Below, one piece after another: positions 54,764-62,442 of a stretch of 64,000 nucleotides of DNA. The DNA is from Dehalococcoidales bacterium (GTDB lineage Bacteria; Chloroflexota; Dehalococcoidia; Dehalococcoidales; UBA5760): contig DAOULZ010000011.1 in assembly GCA_034414575.1 (NCBI GenBank), forward strand, positions 14,318-78,317, given 5' to 3'. Each line of letters opens with the position of its first letter. Within the stretch, counting starts at the first letter, position 1. The position numbers were made by a program, and so were the translations under genes. Under the pieces are notes generated by a model, which did no database searches, had not been told where the DNA came from, and saw nothing but the letters and a program-made list of their open reading frames with translations.

Positions 54764-56745
54764 ATGAATAAAAGAAAATTTATTTCTACGGCGCTATTAC
54801 TAACTTCGCTCTCACTTGCTTTTATCTTCATGACCGCCAAGCCAGTTTTTGCCGCTTCGGTAACCTTATCGCCGGACCAGGGCAAAACAGGGACAACAAC
54901 ACATGTCAGCGGAGCCGTTTTACAGCCTCTGCCTCCTACACAATCTATTTCGCCTATAATACTTCCCATGAATCGAGGACGAGCGCTACGGTTGCCAGCG
55001 ATGGCAGTATATCTCGCTCTATTACCGTTCCGGAAGTACCAGCCGGCTCATATACCGTTAGAGTAGCCACTTCTTCCGAATCTGCCAGCGATACTTTCAC
55101 GGTAACACCACAGCTCGATCTCAGTAAAACTTCGGTCGTTGTAGGCGAACAGGTTACGATTAATGGCACCGGCTTTAGAGCCAGCCGTAGTGTTACCATC
55201 AGGTTTGATAATCGAACCGCCGTGACCACGTCTACCAATTCTAAGGGTAGCTTTAGCGTAAAGTTCAGCATACCGGAGAGTAGTTACGGCAGTCACGAGA
55301 TTACCGCTGATGACGGTACTAATCGGCTATCGATCAGCGTATCTGTTAAGCAGTCGGTTACCATTTCCCCTAAGTCCAGGTCGGTCGATACTAAGCTGAC
55401 CGTTACGGGAACAGGGTTCAGGGATGAGCGGCCAATAACCATTACCTTTGACGGTGACGAAGTTGATACCAGTCCTGCCTCGGTCGACACCGATGAGGAT
55501 GGAAGCTTCACCGCTTCATTCCAGGTACCCACCTGCGTTAATGGCACGGTAGAAATAGTGGCTGGTGATGGCAAATACACCGCCACCGCTGAATTTACCA
55601 TTCGTGCCAGCATTACTCTTGACCCGGGCTCGGCCAATGTTGGGGATACGGTTAGTATTATCGGGAATGGGTTTCGCGCTAACCGGCTGATAATACTAAC
55701 CTTTGACGATGAGGAGGTCGACAGTATACCAGCAACCATTCGCTCAGACAGTAAGGGCTGCTTTGAAGTCGACTTTACCGTTCCCCCCAGCACCGATGGT
55801 ACTCACGAAATAAGGGCGGATGATGATGCTGAGGTTGCTAAGGTTAACTTCACTACTTTGTCGGCGATCAGTCTCAGTCCGACCGGCGGACCAATCAATG
55901 CCGAGGTCACGATAGAAGGTACCGGATTCGGTAGCGGCAGGATCGTGACCATCGAATTTGATGATGACCACGTTAGGACCAGCGCCACTGATGCCGAAGG
56001 GAGTTTCGTGACTGAATTTGTGGTTCCACAGACCAATAGCGGTAAATATAACGTCGTTGCCAGCGACGGCGTAACTACTGCCGGTGCCGTTTTTACCGTT
56101 ACTACCAGCATCGAGGTTACACCGGTAACCGGTCATGTCGGCACCGCCATCACGGTAACTGGGACCGGTTTTACTGGTGCCGTAACTGTTAGGTACGATG
56201 GCTCAGTCGTTGCCACTACTACCGCCGATGCTAACGGAGCCTTTTCTATATCTTTTAGTGCTCCCCAGAGCATCCACGGTCATCACACGATCACCGTAAG
56301 TGGCGTGATTAACACTATTGAAGCTACCTTTACCATGGAATCAGACGCTCCTTCGACACCGACACTCCTGTTGCCGGAAAGCGGTGTCAGACAGAATTCA
56401 CGACCGTCGTTTAGCTGGGGAGTAGTAAACGATCCCAGTGGTATCACCTATACACTGCAGATAGCTATCGATGACAGTTTCAATACTTTGCTGCTGGAAA
56501 AACCAGGGCTAACCCAGTCTCCATACAGGCTTGCCCGCGAAGAAGGACTCAGCTCAACCGATAGCGATGCCCCGTATTACTGGCGGGTTAAGGCGGTTGA
56601 CGGCGCCTCAAACGAAAGTGCCTGGTCAACGCCACGTTCCTTCTATGTCAGATTTCTTCCGCAGTGGGCAATATACGTCATTATAGCGGGAGTTGCAGTT
56701 GCAATAAGTGTAGCCGCTACCCGAAGAGTTTACCGACGCAGGTAA
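54764..56745 (+). pseudogene. cell-surface protein with six IPT/TIG-like Ig domains + FN3-like domain + C-terminal TM anchor, interrupted by a 1-nt frameshift near 54917
   Basis: ORFs 54758..55066 and 55222..56745 are one gene. The downstream frame is already open from ~54775. Inserting one G at ggagccG^gtttt gives ...HVSGAGFTASASYTIYF, matching the G.GF motif of the other five repeats (INGTGFRAS, VTGTGFRDE, IGNGFRAN, EGTGFGSG, VTGTGFTGA). Signal peptide ...AKPVFAAS. C-terminal IYVIIAGVAVAISVAATRRVYRRR. Confidence 0.75.
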
Positions 56746-56820
56746 GAGAGATGGTAAGTAACCATAAGGACCGGGAAGCGGGACCTTAGGTTGAGATAGT
56801 TTACACAGGAGGTATTTACA

Positions 56821-57312
56821 ATGGCAATGGAGAGACGGAGAAGAGATAGAAGCTTGGTTCCCTGGAGACCATTCCAGGACTTACAAGAGATGGAACGGCG
56901 CTTTGACGACATCTTCGGCCGGCCGTTCTGGCCCATGATGTGGAGGCGTATCCCTACAATTGAACCAGGCTGGCTGCCGGCTATAGAGGTGTTTGAGAAG
57001 GAGGACAGGTTTGTGGTGAAGGCTGACCTCCCTGGTATGAAACAAGAGGATATAAGCGTCTCAGTTGTAGGTGATACACTGACTATCAAGGGGGAGAGAA
57101 AGTCTGAGACTGAGGTCAAGGAAGAAGACTATCATTGCTGTGAGCGTTCGTATGGTAGCTTCTCCCGTTTGATATCTCTTCCCTCCAACGTGGATGCGAA
57201 AAAGATCGAGGCTAGTTATGCGGAGGGAGTGCTAGAGATTATTATTCCCAAAACCCCAGAGATTAAACCGAAGAAGGTCACAATAACAACCAAGAAGAAA
57301 GAAGCAAAGTAA
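56821..57312 (+). CDS. hsp20: Hsp20/alpha-crystallin small heat-shock protein
   Basis: PAIEVFEKEDRFVVKADLPGMKQEDISVSVVGDTLTIKGERK...GVLEIIIPK. AGGAGG upstream. Confidence 0.9.
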   Translation: MAMERRRRDRSLVPWRPFQDLQEMERRFDDIFGRPFWPMMWRRIPTIEPGWLPAIEVFEKEDRFVVKADLPGMKQEDISVSVVGDTLTIKGERKSETEVKEEDYHCCERSYGSFSRLISLPSNVDAKKIEASYAEGVLEIIIPKTPEIKPKKVTITTKKKEAK

Positions 57313-57533
57313 ATTGGATGGAGACTATTGTCCCGCTTCCCATGTCCCCTTCTGAAACTAGTCATGGATGTGGAAGATATGTGTGGTGAGACAGCGATGG
57401 ACGGATAGTATTTACGGAACCAACATTGTATGAAATCATCGAACGAGATCTCGACCTATGATTCATGAATATGATAGATACGCTACGATTTCTTCAACAA
57501 CAAGTAATTTGCCGCGTTTAGAAAGGTAGTGAA

Positions 57534-58007
57534 ATGGATAAAGATAGAGTCAGTGAACCTGGTGCGGCTGAGGCTAAAAAGAACGACAGAATACACATGA
57601 AACCCCTTCCGGATATTCTGGATGAGATGGATGCTAATATTCGAGCCGCAGCTGAGGCGGCCAGAAGGGCAGAGGAGGCAGCCAAGGTCGCGAAAGGGGC
57701 TGCTGCTGCCGCCACTGCGGCTTCGAAGGAGGCGCAAGGTGCTGCGGAGAAAGCAGCGGAGGAGGCTACCAGACAGGCTCGTGAAGCCTTGGGGGAAGCA
57801 GCGAAAAAAGCTAGCGAGGCAGCCGAGGATGCAAAGAGCGCAGCCAATGAAGCTGCCAGGGAAGCAACCAAGAAGGCAAGAGAGATAGCCGAAGAGGTGA
57901 AGGATCTGGCTCTAGAGCTGGCCTTGGTGATCAGAAACGCTAACATACATAGCTCTGAAGCCTTTGTAAAAGAGATTGATGCTTTTAGGAACAAATGGTC
58001 AAAGTAA
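57534..58007 (+). CDS. Ala/Glu/Lys/Arg-rich helical protein, short paralog (157 aa)
   Basis: It shares the N-terminal block RIH.KPLPDILDEMDANIRAAAEAARRAEEAAK with the 59175 gene (1 difference in 33 aa). No TM segment. The - strand ORF 57518..58159 is its compositional shadow. Confidence 0.65.
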   Translation: MDKDRVSEPGAAEAKKNDRIHMKPLPDILDEMDANIRAAAEAARRAEEAAKVAKGAAAAATAASKEAQGAAEKAAEEATRQAREALGEAAKKASEAAEDAKSAANEAAREATKKAREIAEEVKDLALELALVIRNANIHSSEAFVKEIDAFRNKWSK

Positions 58008-58199
58008 ACTGTAGATTCTTTTTGTTCTGGAAATACGGTATCGAAAATGTATATATGTTTCACGGCACGACTAGAGGTAATCCCGCAGGCTAATTTGTGT
58101 CTAGATTGCAAGGCTAGTCGAGCAAAGAATGACCTGCCCTCGATATTTGAAACAGGCAATCTTAGGTCAAACGCTTAAAAGAAAGGAGTCGATATTGAG

Positions 58200-58667
58200 A
58201 TGAAACTTCGATTAGGGTTGGCACTATTACTGATATCCGTACTGGTATTGAGTGTCGTAGGATGTAATAGTGGGGCGTCTGGCGTAAATCTGGTTGCTAC
58301 CATGCATGGCTGCGGTGGTAGCGGCAGTGGTGCCGGTGAGATCCCCACGCATTACGAGTTAAGTTGTGAAACCACTATCTGTAACCAGGGGAGTGGGACA
58401 GCTAAGGATGTAAGGGTATTCGTTGAACCATCATCGACCAATCAGGTCTTACAGACGATGGAAGTGGAGCCGAGCCAAAAGCAAAAGCCCGTCACCCTGG
58501 AAGCAGGTGAATGTGAAACCTTCGTGGTTAATTGGGAATACGATTACACTGGTACTTCCAGCGAGGAAGTTTACCAATTAATCAATCAATATGTACTTCA
58601 TGCCACCTGGACAGACAAAAACGGTAAACAAGTCACAAAGGTTCTCGGTGAAGGAGGTTCTCATTGA
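58200..58667 (+). CDS. lipoprotein, beta-sandwich-like
   Basis: Signal peptide plus lipobox LSVVGC; 155 aa. AAAGGAG upstream. Confidence 0.65.
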   Translation: MKLRLGLALLLISVLVLSVVGCNSGASGVNLVATMHGCGGSGSGAGEIPTHYELSCETTICNQGSGTAKDVRVFVEPSSTNQVLQTMEVEPSQKQKPVTLEAGECETFVVNWEYDYTGTSSEEVYQLINQYVLHATWTDKNGKQVTKVLGEGGSH

Positions 58668-58680
58668 AAGGAGGTAAAAC

Positions 58681-58923
58681 ATGACTAAATCAACACCCTA
58701 CGAAATTATTGAAACAAGGAATAGGCCGAAAGCGCAGAAAAGGAGACTAGGGTTCTCAGGGACATTTGAAGAAGCAAAAATTAGGGCTCAGGAAGAGGCG
58801 AAGAAAAACATAGGTGTTCGATATTCCGTATTCCGTGAGGGTTCTTCTGTAGCCGAATTTCAAGCTTACTATAGAAAAACCGTGAAATGTCCCAAGTGTG
58901 GCGAAATAATCCCCATAGAGTGA
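58681..58923 (+). CDS. small basic protein with a C-terminal CxxC knuckle
   Basis: 80 aa. AAGGAGG lies 6 nt upstream. Ends KCPKCGEIIPIE. Confidence 0.5.
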   Translation: MTKSTPYEIIETRNRPKAQKRRLGFSGTFEEAKIRAQEEAKKNIGVRYSVFREGSSVAEFQAYYRKTVKCPKCGEIIPIE

Positions 58924-58975
58924 GCGGTCAGCTCGTTTTCTTATACCACGGACACAAAAAACGTAAACCAGACTA

Positions 58976-59004
58976 TTGACAATCTGCAAATTGTCTATTA
59001 AAAT
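58976..59004 (+). promoter_or_regulatory. promoter TTGACA-17-TAAAAT containing the inverted repeat GACAAT-N6-ATTGTC
   Basis: TTGACA at 58976-58981, a 17-nt spacer, TAAAAT at 58999-59004. The inverted repeat spans the -35 box and the spacer. It lies ~170 nt upstream of the long Ala-rich gene. Confidence 0.5.
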
Positions 59005-59174
59005 CAACTCCTCCAAGTCGGAGCTTGTAGTAATCAATAGCTCAGCCGACCCTTCTAGTAAATGGGTGCAAAGGAGGGTGTGCCTATTGAAGCATTCGCA
59101 AGTTACAAAGGCTGCAACTTTTCTATTTGATACTCTCTCTACTTCCTCTACTATCTCTTGTAAGGAGGGCTGAA

Positions 59175-60989
59175 GTGGCTAAGAACACAGGCGAAACGCC
59201 CGGTGAAAAGGGGCCAGGATATGTTGATAGAATACATGCCAAACCCCTTCCAGACATCCTCGATGAGATGGACGCCAACATCAGAGCCGCCGCTGAGGCA
59301 GCTAGAAGGGCTGAGGAAGCAGCTAAGGCAGCCAAAGGGGCCGCTGGCGCTGCCACCAAGGCGTCTGATGAAGCTGCCAAACGGGCTGAAGAGGCGCGCT
59401 TAGCTGGAGAGAAGGCGGCAGCAGATGCTACCAAAGCCGCCAGCGAAGCAGCTGCCAGAGCTGAGGAGACAGCGCGGGCAGCCAGGGAAGCAGCCGAGGA
59501 AGCTGCTAGGAAAGCCGATGAGGCAGACAAGGGCACTAGAGAAGCGGCTGAGGCATTCAGGCGTGCGGCGGAGGAGGCTGCCACTAGAGCCGATGAGGCA
59601 AGCAAAGCGGCCGTAGCGGCAGCCAAAGCAGCCGTAAAGCAGGCTGAAGAGGCAGCCGCTGAGGCAGCCAGAAGGGCTGAAGAAGCCGCCACTAGAGCCG
59701 ATGAGGCAGCTGAGGCAGCCACCCGAGCTTTAGAGGAGGCGGCCAGAAGAGCCGAAGAAGCCGCTGCTAAAGCTAGTGGCAGAGCTGACGAGGCAATCAT
59801 AGCTGCTGAAGCAGCCACCAAGGCATCGGAGGCAGCTAGCCAGGCTGCCGCGGCGGCAACCAGAGAGGCACAAGAATCTGCCAGAAGAGCCGAAGAAGCT
59901 AGCTTAGCAGCACAACAGGCTGCTGAAGGTGCTAGTGAAGCCGCTGAAGGAGCCGCCCAACGGGCTGAAGAGGCTGCCTTGAAAGCTGAGGAAACAGCTA
60001 GTGCCGCGAAGTATGCTGCCGAAGAGGCTACCAAAAAGGCGGAGGATGCAGACCTAGCAGCTAGAGAATCGGCACTGGCGGCAACTAAACTTGCTGAAGA
60101 GGCCGCTAGGAGAGCTGAGGAGGCAGCTTTGTCGGCAAAAGCAGCGGTTGAAGCAGCTATCGAAGCTGCTAATGCTGCCATTAAGATGGCTGAGGAGAGC
60201 ACTAAAGCCGCCAAGGATGCTACCGAAGAGGTCGCACTTAACCTTACCCCGGAAACCGCTCGACGGGCTGACGAGGCTGGTAGAAAAGCCAAAAGAGCAG
60301 CGGCATCCGCCTTCAGGGCCGCGGAGAAAACTACCAGGGAAGCTGAGCTTGCTGACACAGCCGGGGACATCGCTATCGCCGCTGCCGAAAAGGTATCAGG
60401 GCCGCTCGCTGAGCGAGTTGATGAGGCGGGTAGAGATGCCAAAGCGGCCGCTGAAGCTGGATTTGAGGTAGCTGACAAGACTATTGGAGCAGCCGAGCAG
60501 GCAGATATCGCCGGGGACGATGCCGTTGGCGCTGCGGTTAGGGGTATCGAGCAACTGATAGGTAAGGCAGAGAGTGCCGCCAGACAGGCTAGCGAAGCAG
60601 GCGTAATTGCCGTTGGTGAAGCCACCAGAAGGGCCGATGAAGCAACCAAAGCGGCACTGGCAGCAACAAAGGCATCGGAGGCTGCTGAAGCCGGTGTTAG
60701 AGCAGTTCGAGAGGAAGCCACCGCAGCTCAGAAAACCGGCCTGAGGGCTGAGGAAGCAGCCGCTAAAGCAGCTAAAGCAGCCGAGAGTGCCGTAAAGGCA
60801 TCTGAAGAGTTAGCGGCTGAAGCTGCCGAGAAGGCTGAAGAAGCAGCCGCAAAGTTTGACCTCGTGCCGAAACTGGTGAAGGAAGTACTTGGTTCCCGAC
60901 AGTTCCTGCTCATTATCATACTAGCTGTCGTCGGGGCAATCTTTGCTGCCGTGGCCATTAGCGTGGGCATAAGCTCTCTCGGCCCGTAA
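59175..60989 (+). CDS. Ala/Glu/Arg/Lys-rich helical protein, long paralog, C-terminal tail anchor (~604 aa)
   Basis: The ORF track starts at 59127. I prefer the in-frame GTG at 59175 with AAGGAGGG 5 nt upstream, which gives an N-terminus parallel to the short paralog. There is no signal peptide. The C-terminus QFLLIIILAVVGAIFAAVAISVGISSLGP is a single TM helix. Confidence 0.7.
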   Translation: MAKNTGETPGEKGPGYVDRIHAKPLPDILDEMDANIRAAAEAARRAEEAAKAAKGAAGAATKASDEAAKRAEEARLAGEKAAADATKAASEAAARAEETARAAREAAEEAARKADEADKGTREAAEAFRRAAEEAATRADEASKAAVAAAKAAVKQAEEAAAEAARRAEEAATRADEAAEAATRALEEAARRAEEAAAKASGRADEAIIAAEAATKASEAASQAAAAATREAQESARRAEEASLAAQQAAEGASEAAEGAAQRAEEAALKAEETASAAKYAAEEATKKAEDADLAARESALAATKLAEEAARRAEEAALSAKAAVEAAIEAANAAIKMAEESTKAAKDATEEVALNLTPETARRADEAGRKAKRAAASAFRAAEKTTREAELADTAGDIAIAAAEKVSGPLAERVDEAGRDAKAAAEAGFEVADKTIGAAEQADIAGDDAVGAAVRGIEQLIGKAESAARQASEAGVIAVGEATRRADEATKAALAATKASEAAEAGVRAVREEATAAQKTGLRAEEAAAKAAKAAESAVKASEELAAEAAEKAEEAAAKFDLVPKLVKEVLGSRQFLLIIILAVVGAIFAAVAISVGISSLGP

Positions 60990-61058
60990 TATAGTAGCGG
61001 CCCATACGCGGGATGTTCAAAGGAGGAGGGGAAAGAGCCAACGTAACCCTGGAGCAGG

Positions 61059-61373
61059 TTAAATCACACTACTGCTTCTCGGTTTTAGGTGTCTTTTTCT
61101 GCGCTTCCAGCCTAGCATCACCAGCAGCTCACCTACTTCGGCGTCGCTTATTTCGTCCTTGAGCGGCATGCCGGGGTGGATTTTATACTTATTCTGCCGG
61201 CCGATTTTAGTTTTTGATATATACCCCGCTTCCTCGAGGTCTATTATTATACGATGGGCCGTCCTCTCGGTTACCCCAATATTGTCTCCAATTTCCCTGG
61301 CGGTAAGGTTCGGGTGTTTAGCAATAGTTGCTAAGACCAGTCCATGGTTCGTAATGAACGTCCACTCACTCAT
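61059..61373 (-). CDS. small winged-HTH transcriptional regulator, copy B
   Basis: ATG at 61373 (MSEWTFITNHG...) with GGAGGA upstream. There are 6 differences from copy A in the first 93 aa, and the C-terminal tails diverge. Confidence 0.8.
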   Translation of the reverse strand: MSEWTFITNHGLVLATIAKHPNLTAREIGDNIGVTERTAHRIIIDLEEAGYISKTKIGRQNKYKIHPGMPLKDEISDAEVGELLVMLGWKRRKRHLKPRSSSVI

Positions 61374-61510
61374 TTTGATCCTCCGGCGAAACATTTTCCA
61401 AAAACCACTTGACAAACTCTGAAATTTATTTATAATAATTTTCTAGACATATATTTCTAGTAACATATTTGTTGTAATATGATACCAGAAACTTATTAAA
61501 AAATCAAGCC
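61096..61510. repeat. direct repeat copy B
   Basis: See copy A. The offset is 7560 nt in the CDS part and 7550 nt in the promoter part. Confidence 0.85.
61409..61507. promoter_or_regulatory. second face-to-face promoter/operator block
   Basis: P(+): TTGACA at 61409-61414, 16-nt spacer, TATAAT at 61431-61436. Imperfect palindrome CTAGACATATATTTCTAG at 61443-61460 (2 mismatched positions). P(-): TTGATT (reverse complement of 61502-61507), 17-nt spacer, TATCAT (reverse complement of 61479-61484). Confidence 0.6.
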
Positions 61511-61611
61511 TCGGCAAATGGTTCTAATTGGTAGGCAAACGTGATGGAGGGAAGGTAGCCTGGGCAGTAAGGCCTGGATTATACAGCTCTCAAAATGGAA
61601 GAGGTGATGAA

Positions 61612-61920
61612 ATGATTAGAGTGACGAGTTCGTTAGCGGAGAAAATGCTGGGTAATGTCCCTGAGGATAAGCGCTTTTGGTGCTGCGACGGGAAGGTAAT
61701 CAAAAACCTGAGGGAATTAGTGACGTTCCTCCACAGTATGAGTGAAGAGACCTTTCGCTACCATTCGACCGAGACCGGCAGTGACTTTGTTAATTGGATC
61801 AGAGACGTAATTGGTGATGAAAAGCTCGCCAGGGATATACAAAGTAGCCATAACCGGTTTCAGGCAGCGAAGAGGCTGACTGACAGGATCGCCTGGCTGG
61901 AGAGTAAGATCGTAGCTTAA
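61612..61920 (+). CDS. hypothetical 102-aa protein
   Basis: The ORF track starts at 61528. ATG at 61612 has GGAAGAGGTGA upstream. Sequence: MIRVTSSLAEKMLGNVPEDKRFWCCDGKVIKNLRELVTFLHSMSEETFRYH...DFVNWIRDVIGDEKLA. It is the first gene downstream of the copy-B P(+). Confidence 0.5.
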   Translation: MIRVTSSLAEKMLGNVPEDKRFWCCDGKVIKNLRELVTFLHSMSEETFRYHSTETGSDFVNWIRDVIGDEKLARDIQSSHNRFQAAKRLTDRIAWLESKIVA

Positions 61921-62034
61921 GCAGGCCAGCCGGCTCCGGCAGTGACTGATAGGCCCGGGCCACACTGAAGGTAAACTAAACGATGACAGAGGTTTCACAT
62001 ATCAGCAGCAACTGAATCATAGAGGGAGGAACAT

Positions 62035-62364
62035 GTGATAAACCTGTGCTTAAGGAAAAAGAGTGAAGCCAAGAGACTATCTGAGTCGGTGCAGAATTAT
62101 CTGAGGCGACAGTTTATGCTTCAGCGAGAATACATCGAAAAGCTCAGGTGTTTTGAAATAGATGGCCTCTTCCGTGAACAGCCAGTAAGACGAATTCGCA
62201 TCTTCAATCCGGATCTAGCGAAAAAGGATAGCCTGGCTATTCGTACTAATTCGGACCTGGAGCTCCACCCGGAGATACTGGTCTTCGAGGGGCATATTGA
62301 CGCCGAGGGTAAAATCTACTTTGCTGACCGGAGGTCAACGTCAGGAAAGGCAGGCTGTAAATAG
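62035..62364 (+). CDS. hypothetical protein
   Basis: 109-aa ORF with a GTG start and no recognisable motif. Confidence 0.35.
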   Translation: MINLCLRKKSEAKRLSESVQNYLRRQFMLQREYIEKLRCFEIDGLFREQPVRRIRIFNPDLAKKDSLAIRTNSDLELHPEILVFEGHIDAEGKIYFADRRSTSGKAGCK

Positions 62365-62442
62365 CTTGGGAGCCGGAGGGTTACCGGGATCAGGCGTAAT
62401 CCATCGTGACAACACAGAGAGAAAAGGAGAAACGAAAATAAA

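Noticed and set aside
54905-54925. Programmed -1 ribosomal frameshift in the surface-protein gene.
   Set aside because: There is no X-XXY-YYZ slippery heptamer (the sequence is GCC-GTT-TTA) and no obvious downstream structure. Insertion of a single G restores the domain consensus G.GF exactly, which favours a simple indel or sequencing error.
55293-56136. - strand ORFs (166, 130 and 102 codons) inside the Ig-repeat gene, with similar antisense ORFs inside the SBP gene (9442..10343) and elsewhere.
   Set aside because: Each is fully contained in a strongly supported sense gene. Their translations show no motifs or RBS. They are typical shadows in moderately GC-rich coding DNA.
58976-59173. 65-codon + ORF upstream of the long Ala-rich gene.
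   Set aside because: It starts inside the predicted promoter and has no RBS. It is in the same frame as, and ends only 1 nt before, the GTG at 59175, and its S/T/K-rich sequence looks implausible. It is better read as 5' leader.
57518-60721. Long - strand ORFs (213 and 532 codons) opposite the Ala-rich genes, considered as real genes.
   Set aside because: Their A/S/L-rich products are the expected complement of GCN/GAR/CGN-rich sense codons, which almost never generate antisense stops. They have no SD sequence before their GTG or ATG starts. Between the paralogs the - frame accumulates 5 replacements where the + frame has 1. They are kept as a flagged caveat, not as features.
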